64,000 bases of DNA from Bacillota bacterium (GTDB lineage Bacteria; Bacillota; Ch66; Ch109), in contig JBMNLH010000002.1 in the NCBI GenBank assembly GCA_050952625.1, positions 64,001-128,000 on the forward strand, read 5' to 3'. A model generated the notes under the pieces. The model did no database searches. It saw nothing but the letters and a program-made list of their open reading frames with translations, and was not told the origin of the DNA. Of this stretch, positions 10,591-18,844 are shown one piece after another. Positions within the stretch are counted from its first letter, which is position 1; each line of letters starts with the position of its first letter. The position numbers and the translations under genes were made by a program.

Positions 10591-12150
10591 TTAATGTTTA
10601 AAGTGCCTGATCCCGGTAAAGACCATGGCAATTCCATGCTCATCGGCCGCTTGGATACTCTCTTCGTCCCGCACCGAGCCGCCCGGCTGAATAATTGCCG
10701 TAATTCCGGCTCGCGCTGCCTCATCGACTGTATCCCGGAAGGGAAAGAAAGCGTCGGAAGACATTACTGCACCCTGAGCCTCGGCCCCAGCCTGCTCTAA
10801 GGCAATCCGCGCTGAACCGACTCGGTTCATCTGGCCGGCCCCCACACCTAGAGTCTGTTTGTTCTTAGTGACAACAATGGCATTAGACTTAACGTGCTTA
10901 ACCACCTTCCAGGCAAAATTAAGTTCTTCCCATTCAGCTGGGGACGGCTGACGCTTCGAAACAACTTTTAACTCAGCTGGGTTCAGATCAACTTGGTCTA
11001 CTTCCTGAACCAGGAAGCCGCCTTCTACGGTTTTAATTTCCCAAGAAACTTCCTGGGTCTGTAGATCAACCGCCATCAAGCGCAGGTTCTTCTTGCTTTG
11101 TAAAAGCTCCAGGGCAGCCGGAGCAAATCCAGGAGCGACGATAACCTCCAAGAAAATCTCACTCAAGGCTTTGGCGGTCGCTTCATCAATTGGTCGGTTA
11201 AACGCCACGATCCCGCCATAGGCAGACACTGGGTCCGCAGCCAACGCTGCCTGATAGGCCGGCAATAGTTCTTCTCGCTCAGCGGTTCCACAGGGATTGG
11301 TGTGTTTAACAATAACGGCGGCCGGTTTGGCAAATTCCTTAACTAAAGCCCAGGCCGCCTGAAGATCGACCAGGTTGTTAAAGGACAGTTCCTTGCCATG
11401 GAGCTGTTTCGCCTGTCCCAGGCCACCCGATAAATGGACGGTTCGATAAAAAGCCGCCCGCTGATGCGGATTCTCACCATAACGGAGGTCCTGTACCTTT
11501 TCGCCGATGAGTGTAAACTGAGTGGGAAAAACTGGCTGCTCAGTTAAATCCCCCTGCCCGGCGGCTATCAGTTGCTTATTCAGGTAGGCCGTTATATGCT
11601 GGTCATAATCGGCGGTATGGGCGAAAGCCTCGGCAGCCAGCTCCAGCCGCGTCATTAAAGGTACTTCACCGCTGGAGCGCAGATGTTCCAGAACCAGGCT
11701 GTACCGTTGCGGGTTAACCACGATCGTGACGTACTGGTAATTCTTCGCCGCCGCCCTGACCATGGTCGGGCCGCCAATATCGATGTTCTCGATCGCTTCG
11801 GTTAGAGTAACCCCGGGTCGGGCAATCGTTTCCCGGAATGGATAGAGGTTGACCACCACCAGATCAATTGGCGTTATCTGGTGCTCGGCTAACTGCGCCA
11901 GGTGGTCCGCTTCCCGGCGGGCTAAAATCCCCCCATGCACCATGGGATGCAGGGTTTTAACCCGACCTTCCAGGATTTCCGGGAAGCCAGTCACCGTGGA
12001 AACCGGCTGGACCGGCAAGCCCGCCTCCTGTAAGGTTTGGGCCGTACCGCCGGTAGAAACAATCTCCCAGTCCATCTCTACCAGACCACGGACAAATTCG
12101 ACCAGTCCAGATTTATTGGAAACACTCACTAAGGCTCGTCGTCTGGCCAC
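10591..12150 (-). CDS. purH: AICAR transformylase / IMP cyclohydrolase
   Basis: [53 protein letters not shown]. Start set to GTG 12150. Confidence 0.97.
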   Translation of the reverse strand: MARRRALVSVSNKSGLVEFVRGLVEMDWEIVSTGGTAQTLQEAGLPVQPVSTVTGFPEILEGRVKTLHPMVHGGILARREADHLAQLAEHQITPIDLVVVNLYPFRETIARPGVTLTEAIENIDIGGPTMVRAAAKNYQYVTIVVNPQRYSLVLEHLRSSGEVPLMTRLELAAEAFAHTADYDQHITAYLNKQLIAAGQGDLTEQPVFPTQFTLIGEKVQDLRYGENPHQRAAFYRTVHLSGGLGQAKQLHGKELSFNNLVDLQAAWALVKEFAKPAAVIVKHTNPCGTAEREELLPAYQAALAADPVSAYGGIVAFNRPIDEATAKALSEIFLEVIVAPGFAPAALELLQSKKNLRLMAVDLQTQEVSWEIKTVEGGFLVQEVDQVDLNPAELKVVSKRQPSPAEWEELNFAWKVVKHVKSNAIVVTKNKQTLGVGAGQMNRVGSARIALEQAGAEAQGAVMSSDAFFPFRDTVDEAARAGITAIIQPGGSVRDEESIQAADEHGIAMVFTGIRHFKH

Positions 12151-12172
12151 TTGAAAGCCCCCTTTATCTGAC

Positions 12173-12290
12173 ATCAAAAGACTCCCACTTCTAAGCGGGG
12201 GTTACCTTGTTTAAACTTCAGGCAGAGTAGAGTCTCCATCTAAAGCCTCAATCTAAAGCCTCAATGTTCAGCACAGCTGAACGAGTTCAC
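12173..12290 (+). mobile_element. Non-autonomous ~110-bp palindromic element, family B copy 1 (IS200/IS605-end-like)
   Basis: ATCAAAAGACTCCCACTTC...CTTCAGGCAGAGTAGAGTCTCCATCT...GTTCAGCACAGCTGAACGAGTTCAC. Similar copies at 21908-22016 and 41911-42015. Confidence 0.6.
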
Positions 12291-12916
12291 TCCCACTCTT
12301 TAAGCCTTACCCGGCGGCCTTCGATTTGGATTAGGCCTCTAGCGATTAAATTCAGTGCTTGAGGGTAAAGCTGGTGTTCTTGCACCAAGATTCGCTCGGC
12401 CAAGGTTTCCTCAGTATCATTTGCTTGGACCGGCACCACGGCCTGGAGGATAATTGGCCCGGTATCCATCCCTTCATCCACAAAATGCACCGTGCACCCA
12501 CTAAAACGCACCCCATACTCAATGGCTTGCCGCTGGGCATGCAAGCCCGGGAAAGACGGCAACAAGGCTGGATGAATGTTGACAACCCGGTTGGGAAATC
12601 GTTTCAGAAACGTACTCCCCAGTATCCTCATGTAACCAGCCAAAACCACCAAATCCGCTTGACTATCCTCACAAACCTCAACCAAACGCTGCTCATACTC
12701 GTTTTTCGTGCTATACTCCGCTGGTCGAAGCGACACCGCCGGGATCCCCTCCTGCCGGGCCCGTTCCAAGGCCAGTGCCTCCGGATTATCGCTGATTACT
12801 ACCACAACCTGAGCGGCCAGGGTGCCGTTTTTGATCGAATCAATGATTGCCTGCAGGTTTGACCCCCGTCCTGAGGCCAAAACGGCCAGACGCAACAGCG
12901 ATTTATCAGAACCCAT
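12287..12916 (-). CDS. purN: Phosphoribosylglycinamide formyltransferase
   Basis: ASGRGSNLQA, LAGYMRIL, NIHPALLPSFPG, GCTVHFVD.GMDTGPII. Start set to ATG 12916. Confidence 0.96.
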   Translation of the reverse strand: MGSDKSLLRLAVLASGRGSNLQAIIDSIKNGTLAAQVVVVISDNPEALALERARQEGIPAVSLRPAEYSTKNEYEQRLVEVCEDSQADLVVLAGYMRILGSTFLKRFPNRVVNIHPALLPSFPGLHAQRQAIEYGVRFSGCTVHFVDEGMDTGPIILQAVVPVQANDTEETLAERILVQEHQLYPQALNLIARGLIQIEGRRVRLKEWE

Positions 12917-13286
12917 GGATAATCTCACCCATAGATTCATCCAAAGCGTCAATCATTTTACTGATTGTCTGCGCTTCAACCATTTGCGGGCTGAAATCCG
13001 GATCTTTTCGCAAGTTATCATAGACTATCCGCATCAGATTATAAAGGTGTTTAGCTTCTTCCGCGGTAAATTCAACCACCACTTTATAAGTAGGCTGACT
13101 TAGTTCTTCCCAATCTTCTTCCTCGTCGGCCAACAACTGCGCCGGGATTGCTTCTTCGTTAATCTCCAGGATCTTCACCTGTTCCCGGCCCGTTAGGAAT
13201 CGGCTCATTATCTCAGCCTTAGCTTCTTCTTCACTCTTGGCATCTACCACTACCTCAACCACTACTCGAAAACGATTTGTCGCCAC
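12906..13286 (-). CDS. Hypothetical acidic protein inside the pur operon
   Basis: 126-aa ORF with strong AGGAGGG RBS; 3' end overlaps the purN start. Confidence 0.75.
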   Translation of the reverse strand: MATNRFRVVVEVVVDAKSEEEAKAEIMSRFLTGREQVKILEINEEAIPAQLLADEEEDWEELSQPTYKVVVEFTAEEAKHLYNLMRIVYDNLRKDPDFSPQMVEAQTISKMIDALDESMGEIIHGF

Positions 13287-13395
13287 TGTTTGCTTCCCTC
13301 CTTAATTATTAAAAATTATTAACAAACCTGCAGGACAGAAGGACGGGTAATATAAATAATCATATAAAATCTGCGGCCAAAAATCCACGGCTGAA

Positions 13396-14454
13396 TCAGC
13401 CCTCGCCCTCAGCCGGCATCAGGTCCACCCCGGTCTCTCCCCTGACGATTTCCCCGACGCGGTAGGCGGGTTCGCCTTTATCCAGCAGGTAATCCAAAAC
13501 CCCACCCGCTTCACTGCTCGGCACCACCAAGACCATTCCTAATCCCATATTAAAGGTTCGAAACATCTCTGGCTCTGCCACCGGCCCCCGCTCCTGAATC
13601 AAAGAGAAGACTGGTGGAACCGGCCAACTCCCGAGCTGGAAACGCGCCCTCAGGCCGGTCGGCAGGACTCGGGGGACATTTTCCACCAATCCGCCCCCGG
13701 TGATATGGGCTAAACCAAGTAAAGTAAAATGGCCTAACAAGTCCTTCACCAACCGGGCGTAAATACGCGTCGGGGTCAATAACTCTTCACCAACTGTTTG
13801 GCCCAGCTCGGGCAGATAGTCATTAAGCCCCAAACCGGCTACCTCCAGCAAAACCTTTCTGGCCAGTGAATAACCGTTGCTGTGCAGCCCGCTGGAAGCT
13901 AGGCCGATTAGACAGTCACCGGCTTTGATTTTAGATCCATCAATGATTTTGGGCTTATCCACCACCCCAACGGCGAACCCGGCAATATCATAATCCTCGG
14001 CCGCATAGAAGCCCGGCATCTCCGCTGTTTCCCCGCCGATTAAAGCACAGCCGGCTTGCCGGCAGCCCTCAGCCACCCCGCTGACAATAGCCGCGACCTG
14101 CTCCGGCTGCAGCTGGCCGACAGCCAGATAGTCGAGGAAAAACAAGGGTTCGGCTCCATAAACAATAATGTCATTCACACACATGGCGACCACGTCGATA
14201 CCAATTGTTTCATGACGCTTCATCAACTGGGCAACCCGGAGCTTGGTTCCTACGCCATCAGTCCCAGAAACCAGCACTGGCTCCTGATACTGCCCGGCAT
14301 TTAAGGCAAACAGCCCGCCAAATCCTCCGACATCCTGCAATACCTCCGGTCGCCAAGTTGCCTTAACCCGCTGTTTAATCAAATCAACCGCCCGATTGCC
14401 CGCGGTTATATCTACCCCCGCTTCCCGGTAGGTTATGCTTTTGCTCTGGGTCAA
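13396..14454 (-). CDS. purM: Phosphoribosylformylglycinamidine cyclo-ligase (AIR synthetase)
   Basis: [47 protein letters not shown]. Start estimated at TTG 14454. Confidence 0.96.
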   Translation of the reverse strand: MTQSKSITYREAGVDITAGNRAVDLIKQRVKATWRPEVLQDVGGFGGLFALNAGQYQEPVLVSGTDGVGTKLRVAQLMKRHETIGIDVVAMCVNDIIVYGAEPLFFLDYLAVGQLQPEQVAAIVSGVAEGCRQAGCALIGGETAEMPGFYAAEDYDIAGFAVGVVDKPKIIDGSKIKAGDCLIGLASSGLHSNGYSLARKVLLEVAGLGLNDYLPELGQTVGEELLTPTRIYARLVKDLLGHFTLLGLAHITGGGLVENVPRVLPTGLRARFQLGSWPVPPVFSLIQERGPVAEPEMFRTFNMGLGMVLVVPSSEAGGVLDYLLDKGEPAYRVGEIVRGETGVDLMPAEGEG

Positions 14455-14502
14455 GCAACTCACCCACTTTCCCACTTCGAAACTACTTAATTAAGAGGCT
14501 AC

Positions 14503-14596
14503 GCTTGTGTTATCACTCAGCCAGCCGGTTAGGCTGGGAACGAAAACAAATAAGAGTAACTGCCAATCGCTGACCTCCATTAAACACGGCACGATC
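14503..14596 (-). repeat. Family A hairpin element, short degenerate copy
   Basis: Reverse complement reads GTGTTTAATGGAGGTCAGCGATTGGC...GTTCCCAGCCTAACCGGCTGGCTGAG...ACACAAGC, matching both arms of the 189-bp unit. Confidence 0.8.
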
Positions 14597-14669
14597 CTGG
14601 TTTTTCATTCTCGGCTAGCACTGATTAGCGGCATGGAAGTCTGCTTTGAAAATAACTGCGCCGGTCTTT

Positions 14670-16187
14670 TTAGATCGGGTATTTGCCGGAGAAGCAGGCA
14701 TCACAGAAATCCTGCTCTTTGCCGGGAAAACAGGAACGTAAACCCTCGGGGCTGAGATAGGTCAAACTGTCCGCTCCGATAAATTCACGAATCTGTTCTA
14801 CATTCATCCGGGCGGCAATCAAATCTTCTTCCGTGGTATCAATTCCATAGTAACAGGAATGCATGGTCGGGGGGGAACTGATGACCATATGGACCTCGGT
14901 CGCCCCGGCTTCCCGCAGCATCCTGACGATCTGGCGGCTGGTCGTCCCCCGGACAATCGAATCGTCCACCATGATTACTCTTTTCCCGCGCACGGTTTCT
15001 TTGACTGGGTTTAGCTTCAGTCTTACCCCTAGGTTCCGCAATGACTGTGAAGGCTGAATAAACGTCCGTCCAATATAGCGATTCTTCATCAACCCCTCTT
15101 CAAAGGGCAGGCCTGACTCCTGAGCATACCCCAGGGCGGCCGGGGTCCCTGAGTCCGGCACACTGATGACCAGATCGGCGTCAATCTTTCGCTCCCGGGC
15201 CAACTGCCGTCCCATCTCCCGGCGAACCCGACCGACATTGATTCCATCAATGGTGCTATCTGGCCGAGCAAAGTAGACAAATTCAAAAATGCAAGCTGCT
15301 TTGGGGTTAGCCGGTAAAATATGATGCGAGGTCATGCCATGCTCATCAATCACCAGGATTTCTCCTGGTTCGAGATCCCGAAGATACTCAGCCCCAACTG
15401 TGTCCAGGGCACAGGTTTCAGAGGCAATAACATAACCCTCGCCTAGCCGACCGACACACAGCGGCCGGACCCCATAGGGATCCCGTACCCCGATCAGTTT
15501 TCGCTCATTTAACACTACTAATGAATAGGCTCCCTTAATATCAATCATACACTTCATCAAGGCCTCTTCCAAACTATTCTGCGAGTAGCGGGCAATCAAG
15601 TTGGCAATAACCTCACTGTCTGTTGTTGATTGAAAAACCGAGCCTTGGGCCGCCAACATTTGCTGCAGCTCCGCCGTATTGGTCAAGTTGCCATTGTGGG
15701 CCAGGGCCACGGACCCCTGAAGATAGCGGAAAAGCAAGGGCTGAGCATTAACCGGCTCACTGGTCCCGGTGGTCGAATACCGGACATGCCCAATCGCGGC
15801 AAACCCCCGCAGGTTATCCAGGCTCCGGCTTTCATTAAATACCTCAGAAACCAAACCCATATCCTTATATATCCGAATTCGGCTGCCGTCCGTAACCGCA
15901 ATCCCGGCACTTTCCTGCCCCCGGTGCTGTAAGGCCAGCAGTCCATAATGGGTTATCTGGGCTGCCTGCTGGTCACTTCCGTTGATCAGGGAAACCTCGG
16001 CACATGGCCCAGGCGACTCAGCGTCATTGGCCCATCTGTTTTCACCGTTAATCGCCGCTTGATTCTTTGACTGATTAGCCGGCAGATAGATGCCGAAGAG
16101 ACCGCAAGCTTCTTTCAGCTTATCTGGACGGTCAAAACACTCATTTTTATAACTATCTTCGGGATAATCTATACTTAACTTAAACAT
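14670..16187 (-). CDS. purF: Amidophosphoribosyltransferase
   Basis: EACGLFGI (N-terminal nucleophile Cys after propeptide), QHRGQESAG, GHVRYST, VDDSIVRGTT, C-terminal Fe-S Cys (FCDACF). Start set to ATG 16187 with AGGAGG. Confidence 0.96.
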   Translation of the reverse strand: MFKLSIDYPEDSYKNECFDRPDKLKEACGLFGIYLPANQSKNQAAINGENRWANDAESPGPCAEVSLINGSDQQAAQITHYGLLALQHRGQESAGIAVTDGSRIRIYKDMGLVSEVFNESRSLDNLRGFAAIGHVRYSTTGTSEPVNAQPLLFRYLQGSVALAHNGNLTNTAELQQMLAAQGSVFQSTTDSEVIANLIARYSQNSLEEALMKCMIDIKGAYSLVVLNERKLIGVRDPYGVRPLCVGRLGEGYVIASETCALDTVGAEYLRDLEPGEILVIDEHGMTSHHILPANPKAACIFEFVYFARPDSTIDGINVGRVRREMGRQLARERKIDADLVISVPDSGTPAALGYAQESGLPFEEGLMKNRYIGRTFIQPSQSLRNLGVRLKLNPVKETVRGKRVIMVDDSIVRGTTSRQIVRMLREAGATEVHMVISSPPTMHSCYYGIDTTEEDLIAARMNVEQIREFIGADSLTYLSPEGLRSCFPGKEQDFCDACFSGKYPI

Positions 16188-16360
16188 CTGGGAATTCCCT
16201 CCTGCCATACCCGAGTTAGAGTTTCAATAGTTAGTTCAATGGGGTTCGCTTGGGGACCCCAGATTCTTAATTGATCACCGCCCACCGGGCCAATGACCGT
16301 CGTTGGAAGGCCCTTGCGCCTGATAAACTGCTGCACCCGTTCCAAATAGTGTTCTACCCC
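16175..16360 (-). pseudogene. purL: 3' remnant of purL (FGAM synthase II)
   Basis: Startless 61-codon frame ...KGLPTTVIGPVGGDQLRI...IELTIETLTRVWQEGIPRCLS* resembles the PurL C-terminus and overlaps the purF start, as purL does in Bacillota pur operons. Confidence 0.7.
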
Positions 16361-16479
16361 TCACTTCCGAAATTGTGAATCGTGAAACGGCAAAATGGAG
16401 TTCCATGACCTCCATTGCCTTTTTCGCTTTATTCTTGGCTGAGGATCTGGCCAACCGATGATTCATGGCCATAGATAAA

Positions 16480-16656
16480 TTATCTTGTGTCCTTCCTGGT
16501 AAAGTGTAAACAGGGCTGGCCTGAAGTCCGCCGAACTACCGCGACCGGGATCTCCTTGGTTTTGAAGCGCATTGCCCGACAACCTCTAGGAAATTTCGGA
16601 TCCCAGGTGATATAAAAATGTCGACATTTGAAACAATTAGGTTGAATCTGTTTCAT
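16480..16656 (-). CDS. Small Cys-rich protein, 58 aa (family often loosely annotated as uracil-DNA glycosylase in Clostridia)
   Basis: Manual translation MKQIQPNCFKCRHFYITWDPKFPRGCRAMRFKTKEIPVAVVRRTSGQPCLHFTRKDTR; below the ORF-track cutoff; no clear RBS. Confidence 0.7.
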   Translation of the reverse strand: MKQIQPNCFKCRHFYITWDPKFPRGCRAMRFKTKEIPVAVVRRTSGQPCLHFTRKDTR

Positions 16657-16696
16657 AGTTTTTACCCATTTCCGACAGGGTATAGCGTTCGATCAC
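16637..16696 (-). pseudogene. purB: 5' remnant of purB (adenylosuccinate lyase)
   Basis: GTG overlapping the purE stop (GTGA) encodes MIERYTLSEMGK, the characteristic PurB N-terminus, then runs into unrelated sequence and stops. Confidence 0.75.
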
Positions 16697-17220
16697 TTCG
16701 TCCCCATCCCCTTTAAATAACCGTCTATGCCTAACTGAGCCAGGCACTCAGCCTTAGCCTCCACCTCTTGACTCTGGTCCTGTTTCAACTTTCTGACTTG
16801 TTCTCGAATCGCCGGATACTTCACGCCCAGGATTTGCACCGCCAGAATCGCCGCATTTTTTGCCCCATTAATACTAACCGTAGCCACTGGTACCCCGGCT
16901 GGCATTTGCACCATCGAATACAAAGAATCTACTCCACTCAGGGTACTGGTCTTCATGGGCACCCCAATTACCGGCAAAGTCGTCCAGGCAGCAATTACTC
17001 CACCCAGATGGGCGGCCCCACCAGCCGCCGCAATGATCACCTCAAGACCCCTCGTTTCAGCGGAAGCCGCATACTCTTCCGCCCGGGTCGGCGTCCGGTG
17101 GGCTGAGGCAATTGTTAGCTCATAAGGCACCCCTAGCTTATCTAGTGTCCGGGTTGCCTCTTGCATTACCGGCAGATCTGAATCACTACCAATCACTATC
17201 CCCACCATAGGCTTGTTCAC
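16693..17220 (-). CDS. purE: N5-CAIR mutase / AIR carboxylase catalytic subunit
   Basis: GSDSD, ASAHRTP, AAHLGGV, PVIGVP, SMVQMP.GVPVATV, NAAILA. Confidence 0.97.
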   Translation of the reverse strand: MNKPMVGIVIGSDSDLPVMQEATRTLDKLGVPYELTIASAHRTPTRAEEYAASAETRGLEVIIAAAGGAAHLGGVIAAWTTLPVIGVPMKTSTLSGVDSLYSMVQMPAGVPVATVSINGAKNAAILAVQILGVKYPAIREQVRKLKQDQSQEVEAKAECLAQLGIDGYLKGMGTK

Positions 17221-17413
17221 TGAACACCCGTCCTTCCGTCTTAGAAATAGCTAAACTCTAAATAAATGAGATAACTCGGAATAAGATAACTCGGTTAGTA
17301 GACTAGGTTTTTCATTCTCTATTTGTGCCGCCCCGACGGCCTGGAGGATCTATCCCGAAAATAAATCTTGCCAAATCAAATAGCCCAGGAGGTAGATTTC
17401 GCCGCTCAACAGG

Positions 17414-17545
17414 GAAACCTACCCGTCTGGGCTTTTATCCCTTCGGTGTAACGAGTTACGACCCGTCTGTACCACTTGGACCGAACCCTTCTCAATATCC
17501 CAATCTAATATAGAATAAAGAAGGTGGAACCCTAGGTACACTTTC
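17414..17545 (-). ncRNA. ykkC-motif riboswitch, subtype 2b (PRPP-sensing)
   Basis: Minus strand GAAAGTGTACCTAGGGTTCC...GGTCCAAGTGGTACAG...ACACCGAAGGGATAAAAGCCCAGACGGGTAGGTTTC upstream of purE. The aptamer 3' strand can pair with 17380-17400 to form a competing terminator. Subtype inferred from the extra 5'/3' pairing and the pur context. Confidence 0.88.
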
Positions 17546-17726
17546 GCCTGATTGGTCGGGAAAAAGGCCGGTCGGGACACCGACTCAGTTCCTCCCTACC
17601 AATATAGTTTGAAAACTTAACAGGCATTGATCACCTATTCTCCTTTATCGTAGCAAAGCATTTCTCACGTGTCAACCTGGTCAGACTTTAAAAAATTATT
17701 TATACAAATTTCGACAGGCCCACGAA

Positions 17727-17764
17727 AAAGCAACCGGAGGTCTGCGGACTTCCCCGGTTGCTTT
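17727..17764. terminator. Intrinsic terminator downstream of the peptide islet
   Basis: AAAGCAACCGG...CCGGTTGCTTT inverted repeat with A/T tails. Confidence 0.75.
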
Positions 17765-17854
17765 CTTCTTTCCTATGTTCGTTAGTTGCCTATGCACTAT
17801 GACAAAGACCGAGTTGAAAAGAAAAGCTTTCTTCTCTCCTATGTTCGTTAGTCG

Positions 17855-18195
17855 CTACCATCTTTCTTCAATAGAATCATATATAAGACCGATACCACCT
17901 ACCGCCAGTATCGGCCCGAAAACAATCCCAAATGCCGCTAATCCAACTCCAAACATCCCACCGGCCACATCTTCCAGATCCGCATCAGAAAGTTGCCCAT
18001 CTGGACTGGCCTGTGCCTTTTCCACATACTTGACCAGGGCCTCTCTTATCTCGTTAATTTCCGCCAAACTAAAGTCGATCCCCTGTTCTTTTAAAAGTGC
18101 TGCACCTCTTCCGGCGTCTCCAGACTAAATAACTTCTCCACTAAACTCCGGTCCGCCTCCAGCTTTGCCTGCAGTTGTTTAATTTTTTCTTCCAT
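17855..18195 (-). pseudogene. Nif11-like leader / double-glycine RiPP or bacteriocin precursor, frameshifted
   Basis: ATG 18195 with GGAGG RBS: MEEKIKQLQAKLEADRSLVEKLFSLETPEEVQ, then a 1-nt shift to LLKEQGIDFSLAEI...QLSDADLEDVAGG-MFGVGLAAFGIVFGPILAVGGIGLIYDSIEERW. Span is 341 nt, one short of in-frame. Confidence 0.8.
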
Positions 18196-18224
18196 TTTGT
18201 ATTACCTCCTTTTTTATTTTAAAT

Positions 18225-18334
18225 CAAAGATTCGGATAACATTTTCTTGATGTAATCAATATATCAACAAGCTTACCTCCGCCATATTTTCCAGGTCTCC
18301 AGCTTTGCCTGCAATTGTTTAATTTTTCTTCCAT
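18225..18334 (-). pseudogene. Collapsed second copy of the Nif11-like precursor
   Basis: Near-duplicate of the first ~40 nt of the precursor (ATGGAAGAAAAATTAAACAATTGCAGGCAAAGCTGGAG) joined directly to a DLENMA(G)G-like segment. The 3' boundary is approximate. Confidence 0.6.
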
Positions 18335-18647
18335 TTTGCATCAACCTTCCTTTGAAGTCTGAGTACACTTTTACATCAAGCAAATTGCCCCGTTACTTCT
18401 TTATACAACGGAGGGAAAAAAGTAGCACACTTTCGTCAATTTACATATTAATCATCAATGTTCTAGTCGTAGAGTTATCTTTTCTGCCTGATAATTATCT
18501 CTAATGTTACCAATAGTTTCTCATTTTTCAAATATACAGCCATCCACAAATGGACTCTTTTCTTGTAAATCGGACTAATTACGCCATAAATTTAACTTTT
18601 TATAGCTTTTACTCAATACAAAAACCCCCAGTTCACTATAAGTGAGG

Positions 18648-18823
18648 ATGGCTCGTCTTACTTCAGCTGCACTTGCTATAGGCGATGAATAGTTATCCTT
18701 CAGCCTCAGGTGGTATTTCTGGATATCAGTATGCCTGAAATGAGTAGCCTTTACCTGGCGGAACATATCATCAAGACATATAAACCCACTTTAAAAAGAA
18801 AACCTGCTTCTTTAGCAGGTTGA
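18648..18823 (+). pseudogene. Response-regulator receiver domain fragment
   Basis: Plus frame from 18689 reads IVILQPQVVFLDISMPEMSSLYLAEHI (phospho-acceptor FLDI.MP motif), preceded by a stop/frameshift and lacking an output domain. Confidence 0.7.
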
Positions 18824-18844
18824 GATGTCCCAAGTTGTTCTTTG

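Noticed and set aside
16275-16472. 65-aa ORF between purE and purF
   Set aside because: No RBS or recognisable motif, and it overlaps the purL remnant in another frame.
18575-18766. 63-aa minus-strand ORF (MFRQVKATHFRHTDIQ)
   Set aside because: Antisense read of the response-regulator fragment.
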